Position numbers and translations under genes: made by a program
Part shown: positions 49,926 through 60,400 of the stretch, piece by piece
Position numbering within the stretch: the first letter of the stretch is position 1
How the letters are laid out: every line of letters begins with the position of its first letter
Assembly (NCBI RefSeq): GCF_026000115.1
Contig: NZ_AP026867.1
Coordinates: 2,841,716 to 2,905,715, forward strand
Origin: Aureispira anguillae
GTDB lineage: Bacteria; Bacteroidota; Bacteroidia; Chitinophagales; Saprospiraceae
DNA: 64,000 nucleotides
Direction: 5' to 3'
Notes under the pieces: model-generated
The model's database searches: none
Told to the model about the DNA's origin: nothing
The model's input: only the letters and a program-made list of their open reading frames with translations

Positions 49926-51053
49926 TTAAAAACGAGGACAAATCAAGACATCGTCAATAACAGGAACTTTATAAATTTTAGCAACATACGAAAGTGCTAC
50001 TTCAAAGGCCATTCCTCTGTTGTTATTGTTGAATAATTTATAATTTAATCCTTGAGCGTGTGTATTTATATCATAAGCAAATCCAAATTTTAATCCTTTA
50101 ATGTCTAGTCCTATACGAGCAATAGCGTCACCACTTACACGATAACCACCACCCAAGTACAAGGTAATATCTTGCATGTCATTGAAATGAATTCCCAACA
50201 ACAATTGACCATTCAAGTCAAATGCACTTAAACCTTCTCCTTGTCCAGTTGTATTTAATGTATTTTGGAAGAAGAACAACGGTCTTAAGAACAAGTTACC
50301 TTTTTGAGTCAATGCAATTTTCATCGCCAAGTTGGCAATAATTGTCATTGGCAATTTAGCCTCATCAGCCTCGTTTTGGTCTGGAGTTTTAAAGCTATAG
50401 TTCGGGTTGGTGAAATGGTTTAAGGAAGCAGCTGCTTCCAATCCAAATCTTCTACCTCTATGGCTTACCATCAAACCTCCTGAGAAATCAGGCAACGTTT
50501 TAGATACATTTCCACCAACATACAACGGATCTGTTGTTGGTGCATTATTATTAAGCAACTGATCTTCGAAGGTGTAATCACCAGAGATTCTGCGCTGTAA
50601 AATACCACCTTGCACGCCTAAAGAGACAATTGTATTGCCTTTTTGCCCAAGTCCTAAATGATAAGCCAAGGACAAGCTAGCTGCTAAGTTTGATACATTA
50701 CCAACTGCATCATAATAAAATGAGACCCCAACGCCAGCCCAACTTTTCATATTTTTGCTCTTGTCTTTGGGAGGAATACCAAAAGGGACATCAATATAAG
50801 CAGATGGTGTTTGAAAACCAGAAAAGCTTTGAGAACTATTATTAAGAGAAGGAGGAGTAGAAACTGACAAACCAGCCCACTGTGTCCTGTAGATACCTCC
50901 AACTCTAAAAGTACCTGCATAATACCCTGTATAAACAGGATTTAACTCAAGTGGAGCCATGTCAAACATTGTATAATGTATGTCTTGGGCCTGACTACTG
51001 GATGTACAAAAACCTACTATAAAAAGCAGGCATACACTCTTTAAAATTTTCAT
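49926..51053 (-). CDS. PorP/SprF-family T9SS outer-membrane protein.
   Basis: Signal peptide, then DIHYTMFDMAPLELNPVYTG, the family signature (Q)D.H(F/Y)(S/T)..(L)NPA.TG. 375-aa predicted beta-barrel. Confidence 0.7.
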   Translation of the reverse strand: MKILKSVCLLFIVGFCTSSSQAQDIHYTMFDMAPLELNPVYTGYYAGTFRVGGIYRTQWAGLSVSTPPSLNNSSQSFSGFQTPSAYIDVPFGIPPKDKSKNMKSWAGVGVSFYYDAVGNVSNLAASLSLAYHLGLGQKGNTIVSLGVQGGILQRRISGDYTFEDQLLNNNAPTTDPLYVGGNVSKTLPDFSGGLMVSHRGRRFGLEAAASLNHFTNPNYSFKTPDQNEADEAKLPMTIIANLAMKIALTQKGNLFLRPLFFFQNTLNTTGQGEGLSAFDLNGQLLLGIHFNDMQDITLYLGGGYRVSGDAIARIGLDIKGLKFGFAYDINTHAQGLNYKLFNNNNRGMAFEVALSYVAKIYKVPVIDDVLICPRF

Positions 51054-51541
51054 CGTCTAAGAGGAGTTTTTAAGTACGAATACCGTAATTTAATTCAATA
51101 ATAAGATTTATACCGCTATAAATAACTTTGGGTAAATATACAGTTTTTATTTACAGAAAGTAAGCAAACGTCTGTTTTAGTTGTTAACTTTTAACAAAAA
51201 ATCATTAAATAGCTACTTTATTGGCTTTTCAAAACTACATTTCGTCAAATCCCCAAAGAGTTATTGTTGATTTCCTCTGTTAAAACAACCTTAACATTTT
51301 ATTAAACGCTAATGTATGCTTTTTCAAAATATTTTCCCCATTTCATCGCAATTAATTCTCTTTAAACCAATATATAGCTCTATCTTATTGAAATAAGGAG
51401 CAAAGTTGCTTTTTTTTACTCCTCCTACAAAATGTTTTCTAAATGTTAAAGTTTGTCCTTTGCCCTTTAAAATAAAAAAATATCTTTGCTTAAAAAATTA
51501 AACAATTTGAAGATCTACCGACCTTAACACATACACATAAA

Positions 51542-52306
51542 ATGTCTGCATATACTACTTTATTGTATTTACTTTTATTTGCTCTAATGTCCGCTTGTTC
51601 AAGCAATAACGAATCCAGCATTAACCACAAAAAGATTACCCTCTCTCCTTGCCCTCCATTAGACTCCAACATCCTCTATTCTGATGTCCGTTTACAAAAC
51701 TATACTTATACAAGAAGTAAGATGATGTTTATGCCCCAAAACCTACGTTTGGGGGGAATGACTCCATTTTCCCAAAACAGAACCACTTCCACCACTAAAA
51801 AAGGAAACCATCTGCACCTATGTATAGATGGTATTCAGCACCATATTAGCAATGAAAATATATTTGATTATCCTCTCGAAAATGGAAGATACAAATTAGT
51901 CGCCTTTATTGCTCGCTCTTTTTATGAATCCATCAAAGAACCTGCTGCTATTTTAGCAAAAGAAATCACCGTTCAAAATGGAGAATTAATTGCTAGCAAA
52001 AACCTGCAAAATGTAGACCTTGTCTATAACGCCCCCCTCGGAACTTACCAAGAAGAAGAGGCTCAACAATTGCTGCTCGATTTTGTGCTTGTTGGCACCA
52101 CTATCAACGAAGGAGGAAATACTGTAAAAATTACAATTGATCAAGAAACGACCTTTACAGTTGATCGCTGGCAGGCTTATTTTATAGAAGGATTGACCGT
52201 AGGAAAACACCACATCCAATTAGAGTTATTGGACGCAACAGGAAAACAAATTGCAGCCCCAACCCATCAAGACTTTGTCATTGTTGCAGCAGCTCCTGCT
52301 AATTAA
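51542..52306 (+). CDS. Hypothetical lipoprotein.
   Basis: Signal peptide plus lipobox LLFALMSACSS. Confidence 0.4.
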   Translation: MSAYTTLLYLLLFALMSACSSNNESSINHKKITLSPCPPLDSNILYSDVRLQNYTYTRSKMMFMPQNLRLGGMTPFSQNRTTSTTKKGNHLHLCIDGIQHHISNENIFDYPLENGRYKLVAFIARSFYESIKEPAAILAKEITVQNGELIASKNLQNVDLVYNAPLGTYQEEEAQQLLLDFVLVGTTINEGGNTVKITIDQETTFTVDRWQAYFIEGLTVGKHHIQLELLDATGKQIAAPTHQDFVIVAAAPAN

Positions 52307-52656
52307 ATACTAAATACACTATTTTTTACTCTACACGATGGTTTTTAAAATTTAACAAAATGGGCTTTTTCTAGCCCTATCTTAGACCTTAGATCCCAAT
52401 TAAGTTGTAATTGGGATCTAATAAGGGCAAAGCGATCTAAAAATAGATAAAAGCTAACCCAATTCTAATTTTCACAAAAATCATCTAGTAGAGAAACTAT
52501 TTTTATTCCTTTTATAAACAAAGAATTGTAAAAAAACAGCAACATATAAAAGAATTTCCAATTCTAAGCAACTTCTAAATAGGTTCTGCGTTCTTGTAAG
52601 AAAGATTTATCATTTTGGTTCAAATCCCCCATTTACTTATAACTCAAACTTGTATT

Positions 52657-53388
52657 ATGAGGACACTTACATCTATCTTATTTTTCTCCTGTTTATTTCT
52701 GTCCCTAACTTCAAAAGCCGCTCCCATAAAAGATGCCGCTGAATTTTTTAACCATGCAGATGATTTTTTTAAAAACTATGCCATCAATGGAAATATAAAG
52801 TATGCCAACCTTAAGCAAGACCCTTCTAATTTGCAGCCACTCATTGATTTCATTGGGCTAACCCCTGTCAAATCAATTGATGTTTATCGACGAAAGGCTT
52901 ATTTAATCAATTGTTACAATCTTGTTGTTATCAAGGCTGTTCTAGACAATTACCCCATCAAAAAAGTAAAGGATACCAATAAATTTTTCAAAAAAGATAA
53001 GCATAAAATTGGCAACGAGATGATTACCCTAGATCACTTAGAGTACAAAATCATCTTTAAAGAATATAAAGATCCTCGCTTGCACTTTGTTTTAGTTTGC
53101 GCCGCAAAGGGTTGTCCTCCAATTCCTTCTTTTGCCTATACTCCAGGTGATTTAAATTATCAGATTAATAAACAGTGCCAACTGGCATTGGACAATCCTA
53201 ATTTTTTATATTTGGAAGATAAAGATGGTATTGTTAAGCTTTCTCCTATCTTTAAATGGTATAAGAATGATTTTTTTCCTTCTATCATTGATTTTATTAA
53301 TGCACATCGCAGCCAAAAACTACCTTCCAGCTATACGTTAGATTATTATGAATACGACTGGAATTTAAATGCTTGGGAAGAGCTTTAG
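52657..53388 (+). CDS. DUF547-domain protein.
   Basis: Signal peptide, then YLINCYNLVVIKAVL and HFVLVCAAKGCPP, the Cys-containing core motifs I associate with DUF547. I trimmed the start to the ATG at 52657. Confidence 0.55.
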   Translation: MRTLTSILFFSCLFLSLTSKAAPIKDAAEFFNHADDFFKNYAINGNIKYANLKQDPSNLQPLIDFIGLTPVKSIDVYRRKAYLINCYNLVVIKAVLDNYPIKKVKDTNKFFKKDKHKIGNEMITLDHLEYKIIFKEYKDPRLHFVLVCAAKGCPPIPSFAYTPGDLNYQINKQCQLALDNPNFLYLEDKDGIVKLSPIFKWYKNDFFPSIIDFINAHRSQKLPSSYTLDYYEYDWNLNAWEEL

Positions 53389-53411
53389 TCCTCCCACAAA
53401 ACAATAAGCCC

Positions 53412-54413
53412 ATGAAATTTTTTCTTTTTATTGCGCTATTCAGCCTATTGTTGCACCTATATGGTTGTCAGAATGCAACTGATAACCAAACAACCGTCAG
53501 TACCCCAACTCCCCCTGCCCCTATGCCTGTCGCTCACCAAGTAAATGGTATTGCCAAACCAGATAGTGTCATTCCCCCTCTAAAAGAAAAAAACACTTCG
53601 ACTCCTACGAATCCCTCGACCACTATCCCTGCTGCTTCATCCCACTTTTACCAGTGGTTAGATGAATATCCTAAAGAACTAGCGCTAAGTCGTCAAATTT
53701 CAACACCTTCAGGATACCAACGAATTTCCTTAGACCAAAATTCATTTGGAACTTGGTTAAGAGGACTCCCTTTATTACCAAAAAGTAGTAAAGTAATGCT
53801 CTACAATGGTAATACAAAAGCTTACCAAGCAGGAGCTCATCGAGTACTTAATATAGATATTGGAAAACGTGACTTACAACAATGTGCAGATGCTGTTATG
53901 CGATTAAAGGCAGAATACCACTATAGTCAACAAGATTATGAAGCTATCCATTTTAATTATACCAGTGGTCACACCATTCGTTTTTCGGATTGGAGCAAAG
54001 GAAAAAAGCCTAAAATAAAAGGCAATAAAGTAAGTTTTAGTAGCCCTTCTGGAAGTGTCAATTCTTCTTATGCTAACTTTAAGAAATATCTAACCAATGT
54101 TTATTCTTATGCTGGTACAGCCTCCTTGTCCAAAGAGTTGCGATCTAAACCCGTCAAAGACATTATGCCAGGGGATGTTTTTATTTGGGGTGGTTTCCCT
54201 GGACATGCTATCTTAGTTATGGATGTTGCCAAGCACCCAAAAACAGGCAAAAAAATATTTTTAGTTGCTCAAAGTTATATGCCTGCTCAAAGTATTCACA
54301 TTCTCAAAAACTTAAACGATCAAAGTCTATCCCCTTGGTATTCGGAAGATTTTGGAGAACAACTAAATACGCCTGAATGGACTTTTGATCGAAATAGCTT
54401 AAAACAATTCTAG
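53412..54413 (+). CDS. Hypothetical lipoprotein.
   Basis: MKFFLFIALFSLLLHLYGC lipobox, then a Pro/Thr-rich linker and a ~250-aa domain of unknown function. I moved the start to the ATG at 53412, which removes the overlap with the previous gene. Confidence 0.45.
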   Translation: MKFFLFIALFSLLLHLYGCQNATDNQTTVSTPTPPAPMPVAHQVNGIAKPDSVIPPLKEKNTSTPTNPSTTIPAASSHFYQWLDEYPKELALSRQISTPSGYQRISLDQNSFGTWLRGLPLLPKSSKVMLYNGNTKAYQAGAHRVLNIDIGKRDLQQCADAVMRLKAEYHYSQQDYEAIHFNYTSGHTIRFSDWSKGKKPKIKGNKVSFSSPSGSVNSSYANFKKYLTNVYSYAGTASLSKELRSKPVKDIMPGDVFIWGGFPGHAILVMDVAKHPKTGKKIFLVAQSYMPAQSIHILKNLNDQSLSPWYSEDFGEQLNTPEWTFDRNSLKQF

Positions 54414-55409
54414 TTATTCTATGTGTACCTTTTTGCTAATTACTCCTTCTTGGTTGACTAGGCGAAGTAAATAAATCCCTTTCGGTAAGTGCTTTAAATT
54501 AACCGTCATTTCCTTAAGAAAGCTATGCGTTTCTATTAATTGACCAGAAATCGTGTACAACAACATACGGGTCTCTTCACTACTTTCCAACCGAATATTG
54601 AGCCAGCTTTTTGTCGGATTAGGAAATAATTGCACGCCTTTTAACACCTTGGTTGGTAGCGTAACAAGGCTATTTACCGTCCAATTATTGGTACTAGGCG
54701 TCGTTGCCTCTGATTGGGTTACCGATTGATTAGCGCTATTTTGCAACATAGCAAAGGCAAATATTCGACTAAAATCCCAAGCTGCATTTGCATAGGCGTT
54801 GTATTCATACACTAGAGAATCTCCAAGGGTGGTTGGTAAGGTCACTGCTCCCAAATCTAACTGCGCTCTAAACACATCATAATGCGTTCCTTCTCCATTA
54901 GGGGCATTGTAAAATACAGTATCTTCTGCCAAGCCAACCCACAATTGCTGTGCTCCCAAATTATGATTTGCCACTGTTTTTACAATTACTCGCAGCTTCA
55001 AGGAGTCATTTCCATATTTTTGTTGTTGTAACTGAATGCTAATGGGACTAGTCTGCCCCTGAAAAGGGGTAAAAATAGAGGCTTGGCTATAATCATTAGA
55101 TGAAGGAATACTAAATCCGTTCATCACTAATGTTGGCGTACTATTTACAGTATAATACGATCTTCTAGCATCACTTGGACCAGAATTTTGTTGATACAAC
55201 AGACATTGTGTATAGGGAGCGCTAGAATGAATGGACAAATGCAAGACATTTGTTTGGTTGCTCAAATTAGTGTAAAAACCTGGATTTCGACTAGCACAAG
55301 GTGGACAAAGGGTATTGGTAAAATGTTCTACCAAAATTTTTCTAGGCACCTGTGCTTCCAAGCTAAAATAAGCCAAAAAGAGCATAGAGCAAGCGAGTAT
55401 TTTTTTCAT
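54414..55409 (-). CDS. Secreted protein with a T9SS C-terminal sorting domain.
   Basis: Signal peptide MKKILACSMLFLAYFSLEAQ. CTD ..LFPNPTKSWLNIRLE..GIYLLRLVNQEGVISKKVHIE. Confidence 0.55.
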   Translation of the reverse strand: MKKILACSMLFLAYFSLEAQVPRKILVEHFTNTLCPPCASRNPGFYTNLSNQTNVLHLSIHSSAPYTQCLLYQQNSGPSDARRSYYTVNSTPTLVMNGFSIPSSNDYSQASIFTPFQGQTSPISIQLQQQKYGNDSLKLRVIVKTVANHNLGAQQLWVGLAEDTVFYNAPNGEGTHYDVFRAQLDLGAVTLPTTLGDSLVYEYNAYANAAWDFSRIFAFAMLQNSANQSVTQSEATTPSTNNWTVNSLVTLPTKVLKGVQLFPNPTKSWLNIRLESSEETRMLLYTISGQLIETHSFLKEMTVNLKHLPKGIYLLRLVNQEGVISKKVHIE

Positions 55410-55583
55410 ATCTTTTTATTTATTGTCAAAATAGCATTTCTCATTATGCTACAACCCCACTCTAGTAAAAAGGTTGCTGAAAGTTGGTTAAGATTCATTT
55501 TTTTTAGCCTACAATTCCTTAACTTGACGCAATATTGACATTCCAATTCATCTCATTTCGAAAGACACTAAATTTAGAACAAT

Positions 55584-57077
55584 ATGAACCAAAAACTGTC
55601 ATTAATCCAACGGGCACAACAATGGAAGACTCGAACGGCAATTGTTTCCAACCAACAGGCTTATAACTATCAACAACTATTGGATAGCTCGGCACTTGTA
55701 GCAAGCCATCTACTAGGAGATCAAACCGATTTGGCAGAAGCAAGAGTTGCCTTTTTAGTTGCTCCTAGTTTTGAATATACTGCCATTCAATGGGGAATTT
55801 GGAGAGCAGGCGGAATTGCGGTTCCACTGTGTGTATTGCATCCGCTTCCTTCTTTACAATATGTTATCGAAAATACTCGATCCAGTATTCTTATTGTCGA
55901 TGAATCACAGTATCAACTGCTTGCTCCATTAGCAAAACAGTTAGGTATCCAGTTGTTTAAAACAAACGATTTATTGGATTCCATTAAGCTTCGCCCTTTA
56001 CCCTCTATAGCGGAAAATCGCCGAGCAATGATCCTTTATACCAGTGGAACAACTAGCCTTCCTAAAGGAGTTGTTACCACTCATGCCAATATTAATTTTC
56101 AAATCCAAACACTCGTCACAGCTTGGGAGTGGCAAAAAGAAGACCACATTCTTAATATACTTCCGCTCCATCATGTTCATGGCATTATTAATATCATGAG
56201 TTGTGCGCTTTGGGTAGGCGCTTGTTGTGAATTCTTACCAAAGTTTGATGCAGCCAAGGTTTGGGGCTTGTTTACAGAAGGCAAGATCAACCTATTTATG
56301 GCCGTACCGACCATTTATTTTAAATTGATTGCGCATTGGGAAAAAGCCACTCTTACCCAACAACAACAATACAGTCAAGCCCTTCAACAATTCAGATTGA
56401 TGGTATCGGGCTCTGCTGCACTTCCTGTCCCCATTTTAGAAAAATGGCGTAACATCAGCAGCCATACTTTGTTAGAACGTTATGGAATGACAGAAATAGG
56501 AATGGGCATTTCTAATTCTTATCGAGGAGAACGACGTGCAGGACACATTGGGCAAGCCCTGCCAGGCATACAAATTCGCCTAGTTAATGAGCAAGGGCTT
56601 GTTCATGCTGAAAATATTGCAGGAGAAATTCAAATCAAAGGCCCCAATGTTTTTAAAGAGTATTGGGAAAAACCAACCGCTACTCAAAAAGCATTTACCC
56701 CTGATGGTTGGTTTTTAAGTGGTGATATTGCGATGCTAAACAATGGTTATTATAAAATTTTGGGGCGAGACTCTGTTGATATTATCAAATCTGGTGGTTA
56801 TAAAATTTCAGCCTTAGAAATTGAAGATGTACTTCGTCTGCATCCTGCCATTAGCGATTGTGCCATCGTAGGCATTCCCAACGAAGAATGGGGCGAAGTT
56901 GTTGCTGCCTGCCTTATTCCTATTGGTAAGACCAATATTAAACTTCCCGCCCTTCAAACATGGCTCAAAGAACGATTGCCTGCCTACAAAATACCTCGTC
57001 AGTTTATCCTCCAAAATGAGTTGCCTAGAAATGTACTGGGAAAAGTAACTAAAAATGAATTAAAGAAGTTGTTTTAG
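55584..57077 (+). CDS. AMP-dependent synthetase/ligase (acyl-CoA synthetase family).
   Basis: AMP-binding signature ILYTSGTTSLPKGV, then YGMTE and GWFLSGDIA. 497 aa. Confidence 0.8.
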   Translation: MNQKLSLIQRAQQWKTRTAIVSNQQAYNYQQLLDSSALVASHLLGDQTDLAEARVAFLVAPSFEYTAIQWGIWRAGGIAVPLCVLHPLPSLQYVIENTRSSILIVDESQYQLLAPLAKQLGIQLFKTNDLLDSIKLRPLPSIAENRRAMILYTSGTTSLPKGVVTTHANINFQIQTLVTAWEWQKEDHILNILPLHHVHGIINIMSCALWVGACCEFLPKFDAAKVWGLFTEGKINLFMAVPTIYFKLIAHWEKATLTQQQQYSQALQQFRLMVSGSAALPVPILEKWRNISSHTLLERYGMTEIGMGISNSYRGERRAGHIGQALPGIQIRLVNEQGLVHAENIAGEIQIKGPNVFKEYWEKPTATQKAFTPDGWFLSGDIAMLNNGYYKILGRDSVDIIKSGGYKISALEIEDVLRLHPAISDCAIVGIPNEEWGEVVAACLIPIGKTNIKLPALQTWLKERLPAYKIPRQFILQNELPRNVLGKVTKNELKKLF

Positions 57078-57412
57078 TAAACTAACTACATTATCATTTT
57101 ATTGAAATACTTTTATAAGTAGTGATTATGACCATAAAAAATCTTGGGCTATTTAGCTAAAATTTCAACTACCCTGTTACTTTTTGAGAACTTAATTTTA
57201 AATATGCCTTTCATATCATTGAAGTGATTAATTTTTGATCTAAAAAAATAATTTGTTTCCTACATTCTCTATTCTAATTTATCGGTTTAAAATAATGCTC
57301 CACTCATAAATTATATTGTTCCGTTCAATGAACAACACAATCTATACATTCTTCTCCTTTTTTCTTATTAAAAGAAAACTTATGTTTGCAAAAACATACA
57401 AAACTCAATATC

Positions 57413-60400
57413 ATGTTAAAAATATTTTTTTTAGGTTTATTATTATTTAGTTGTCGTTCTATTTCTTGGGCTCAATCTGCGAGTCACTTCGACGGTATAG
57501 ATGACAAAGCTACTGTTTACCATCACAGTGATTTCGATTTAAACAAGCATAATTTTACTATAGAAGTAACAATTCGAAATGTTCCTATAGATAAAACTAT
57601 ACGAACTATAATTTCAAAAAGAAATAGTAGCACTAACGGTTTCGCTCTCATTATTAATACCAAAGAGAATATCGAATTAATTGCAGAAATTGGAACAAAA
57701 AGCTATAAAATTGATGCTACCGTTCTTAAAGAACCTGGTTGTCACTCTATTGCACTTAGACGAATGGAAGAAGAAGTCACTTTATTCATAGATGACAAAG
57801 CATATTCTAGAGGCCCTAATCTTACAAATATTAATACTAAAGAAAATCTAATTATTGGAGCTGATGGCGCAAATATCCATACTCCTTTTAAAGGTTATAT
57901 AGAAGAAATTCGTTTTTGGGAGGTTGCTAGAACCAATCAAAATATTTTTGATTGGAATCAAAAGTGCCTCCCCAAAAATTCCTATGGCTTATTAGCACAT
58001 TGGGATATCAATGAAACTAGTGGTCAATTTTTTCATGACATTGCTCTAGTTCAACACCATGCTTATTTAGGAAATAGTTTAAACAATGACCATCAAGATC
58101 CAAAATGGACTAGCAATAAATGTATTATAGAATGTTGTGGTTCTAATGCTAATTTCTTGACAACAACATCTACCCCCTTAGCCTCTCAATGGGTTAAATT
58201 TACCAATACCTCAATAAATGCTGTTAGTTATGAGTGGAGTTTAGATAATCAAATTCTTAGCACTAACCAACATTGGCAACATTCATTTGGAAAAGGCGTA
58301 TTTATCATTCGACTTAAAGCAACCAATGAAAACGGCTGTTCAGCTTATCATAGTGAAGTAATTGAGGTAAACAACTCTAATTTTTCTTATTGTGGGGAAG
58401 AAAAAATCGCCTCTGATGCAGTACAAGCACTAGAAGATTTTGAAAATACAATTCCACTCCCTAATCCCCTACCTACCTTAAAAATGTATGATAGGTTTGG
58501 TAATCGTTACCTCCCTAAGGAAGTAACTATCCCTGAGCCCCTAGAGTCTATCGGTAGCACCCCAAATTCCTGTAGTTGTGGAATTTTTGAACTTCATTTT
58601 GAGGATATGATTCACAATAGGGATTATGGTTTTGATGATCCAACTTTAGGAGCTGACAGACGTGCGGTTACATGTAGAGTTTTTGAAGACTTAAGCCTAT
58701 TGGTTAATCCAACAGGTACACTTTCCTCTAATTTAGTTCAAATCCAAGTAAAAAAATCTGATGGAAGAGCTCCCTTAGAAAACACTTCTGTCAATAAGAT
58801 AGATCAAGGTGTTCTGGCTGTGGCTAGTCCTTATATAATTACTAGTTATAACAATGGTACTATAGATGGGTTAGTTCACAAAACCATTAGATCTGGCACC
58901 AATGCTATTGCTAATACTCCAGGATGGAACCCTAATTCTTATCATGGGTCTTTTCGTGTAGATTTCGAGCTACCTAATTTTTTCTTAAATAATACCAATT
59001 GGACTAACACAACACCAATTAACCAAACAGACTTATATTCAACAATATTACATGAGTCCTTGCACCTTCTAGGTTTTTATTCATTGATTGATGTTAATAC
59101 TAATTCAAGCAAATTAAATGGATCTCAGTTATATAATAGATTTGATACTTATTTACAAAATGCTGCAGGAACTCCTTATATCAACTCAACAACAGGCATA
59201 TTAAATCCCGCTAGTGCCTTCCTTGGTACAGCGAATTGTACTGCTGATGTAAAGTTTAATAGTACTACTAACCCAAATCAAGATATATATCTACCTTCTT
59301 CTTGGAACTTTTCAATTTTAAGTCATTTTAATTGTTCGGTAACCAATGGTCAAGGGTGTGCTTCTAATAATGGTTATATAATGAACGCTTGTCTCCCCCC
59401 AGGAGAAATGCAACGTGCACCTAATCAACAAGAATTTAATACTTTATGTGATATTGGTTATCAATTAGGGACGAGTTATGGTAATTCAGCTGTGGGAACT
59501 CCAGCCAATAATGTTCCTTACCAAACTTACGCAAGTTGTAGTTCTCCATGCCCTGTTTCAGGAATTGATGATGACCTAAGAACTACTATTGTTGTACCAA
59601 ATGGAGGAACCGTTACAATCAATGCTAGTGACTTTTTGACAAATGATGGTAATCCAGGAGGCTCTTATAATCTCACTACTCTTCTAACGAGTTTTGGAAC
59701 AATTAGTAATGCAACTACAACAGAGTTTAGCTTTACAGCAGATCCCACTTTCTGGGGTACAGCAATCATCCAATACACACCAATCTGCCTCAATGGAAAC
59801 AGCGGATCTAATGCTTTAATATTCATAACAGTATCCCCTCCTCCTTTTCCTGCCTGTAATTTATCTACCAGTAGTTGCAATTTACTTTGTTTTGGTGATT
59901 TCGAAACTATAACAGGAGATGCGACAGGTCATACAGTTGGCATTTTTGATGACTTTAAGACAACCTATGAAAATTCAGGAATTCCTACTTTTGGTAGTGC
60001 GACAGTTGTTGCGACAACTGAATTAGTGCGTTTTAATACAACGACTCAATCACCTAATTGGTCTATGCTTAATCAAAATTTATACGGATGTACAGGCAAC
60101 TTTGTTGCTAATCCTCCACTTCCGTTCCCCATTGGCTTTCCTAATAAAAATAGCTATATAGGAATGATTAGTCTCAGCTCTACAATTCAAAACTACGACC
60201 ACATATATCTCCCTCTAGCAGCACCTCTAGACATTTCAACAACAGGAACGGATAATTATAGACTTACCTTTTGGGCCTTCACACCCTGTATTGATGTGGA
60301 TTTTCGAATGGCATTAAGTGATGCCCCACCATGTATTAATGGAGTAAATAACCTCTACGATCCTATTAATGCCCCCTATTTGCCTACATCTCTAAGCAAT

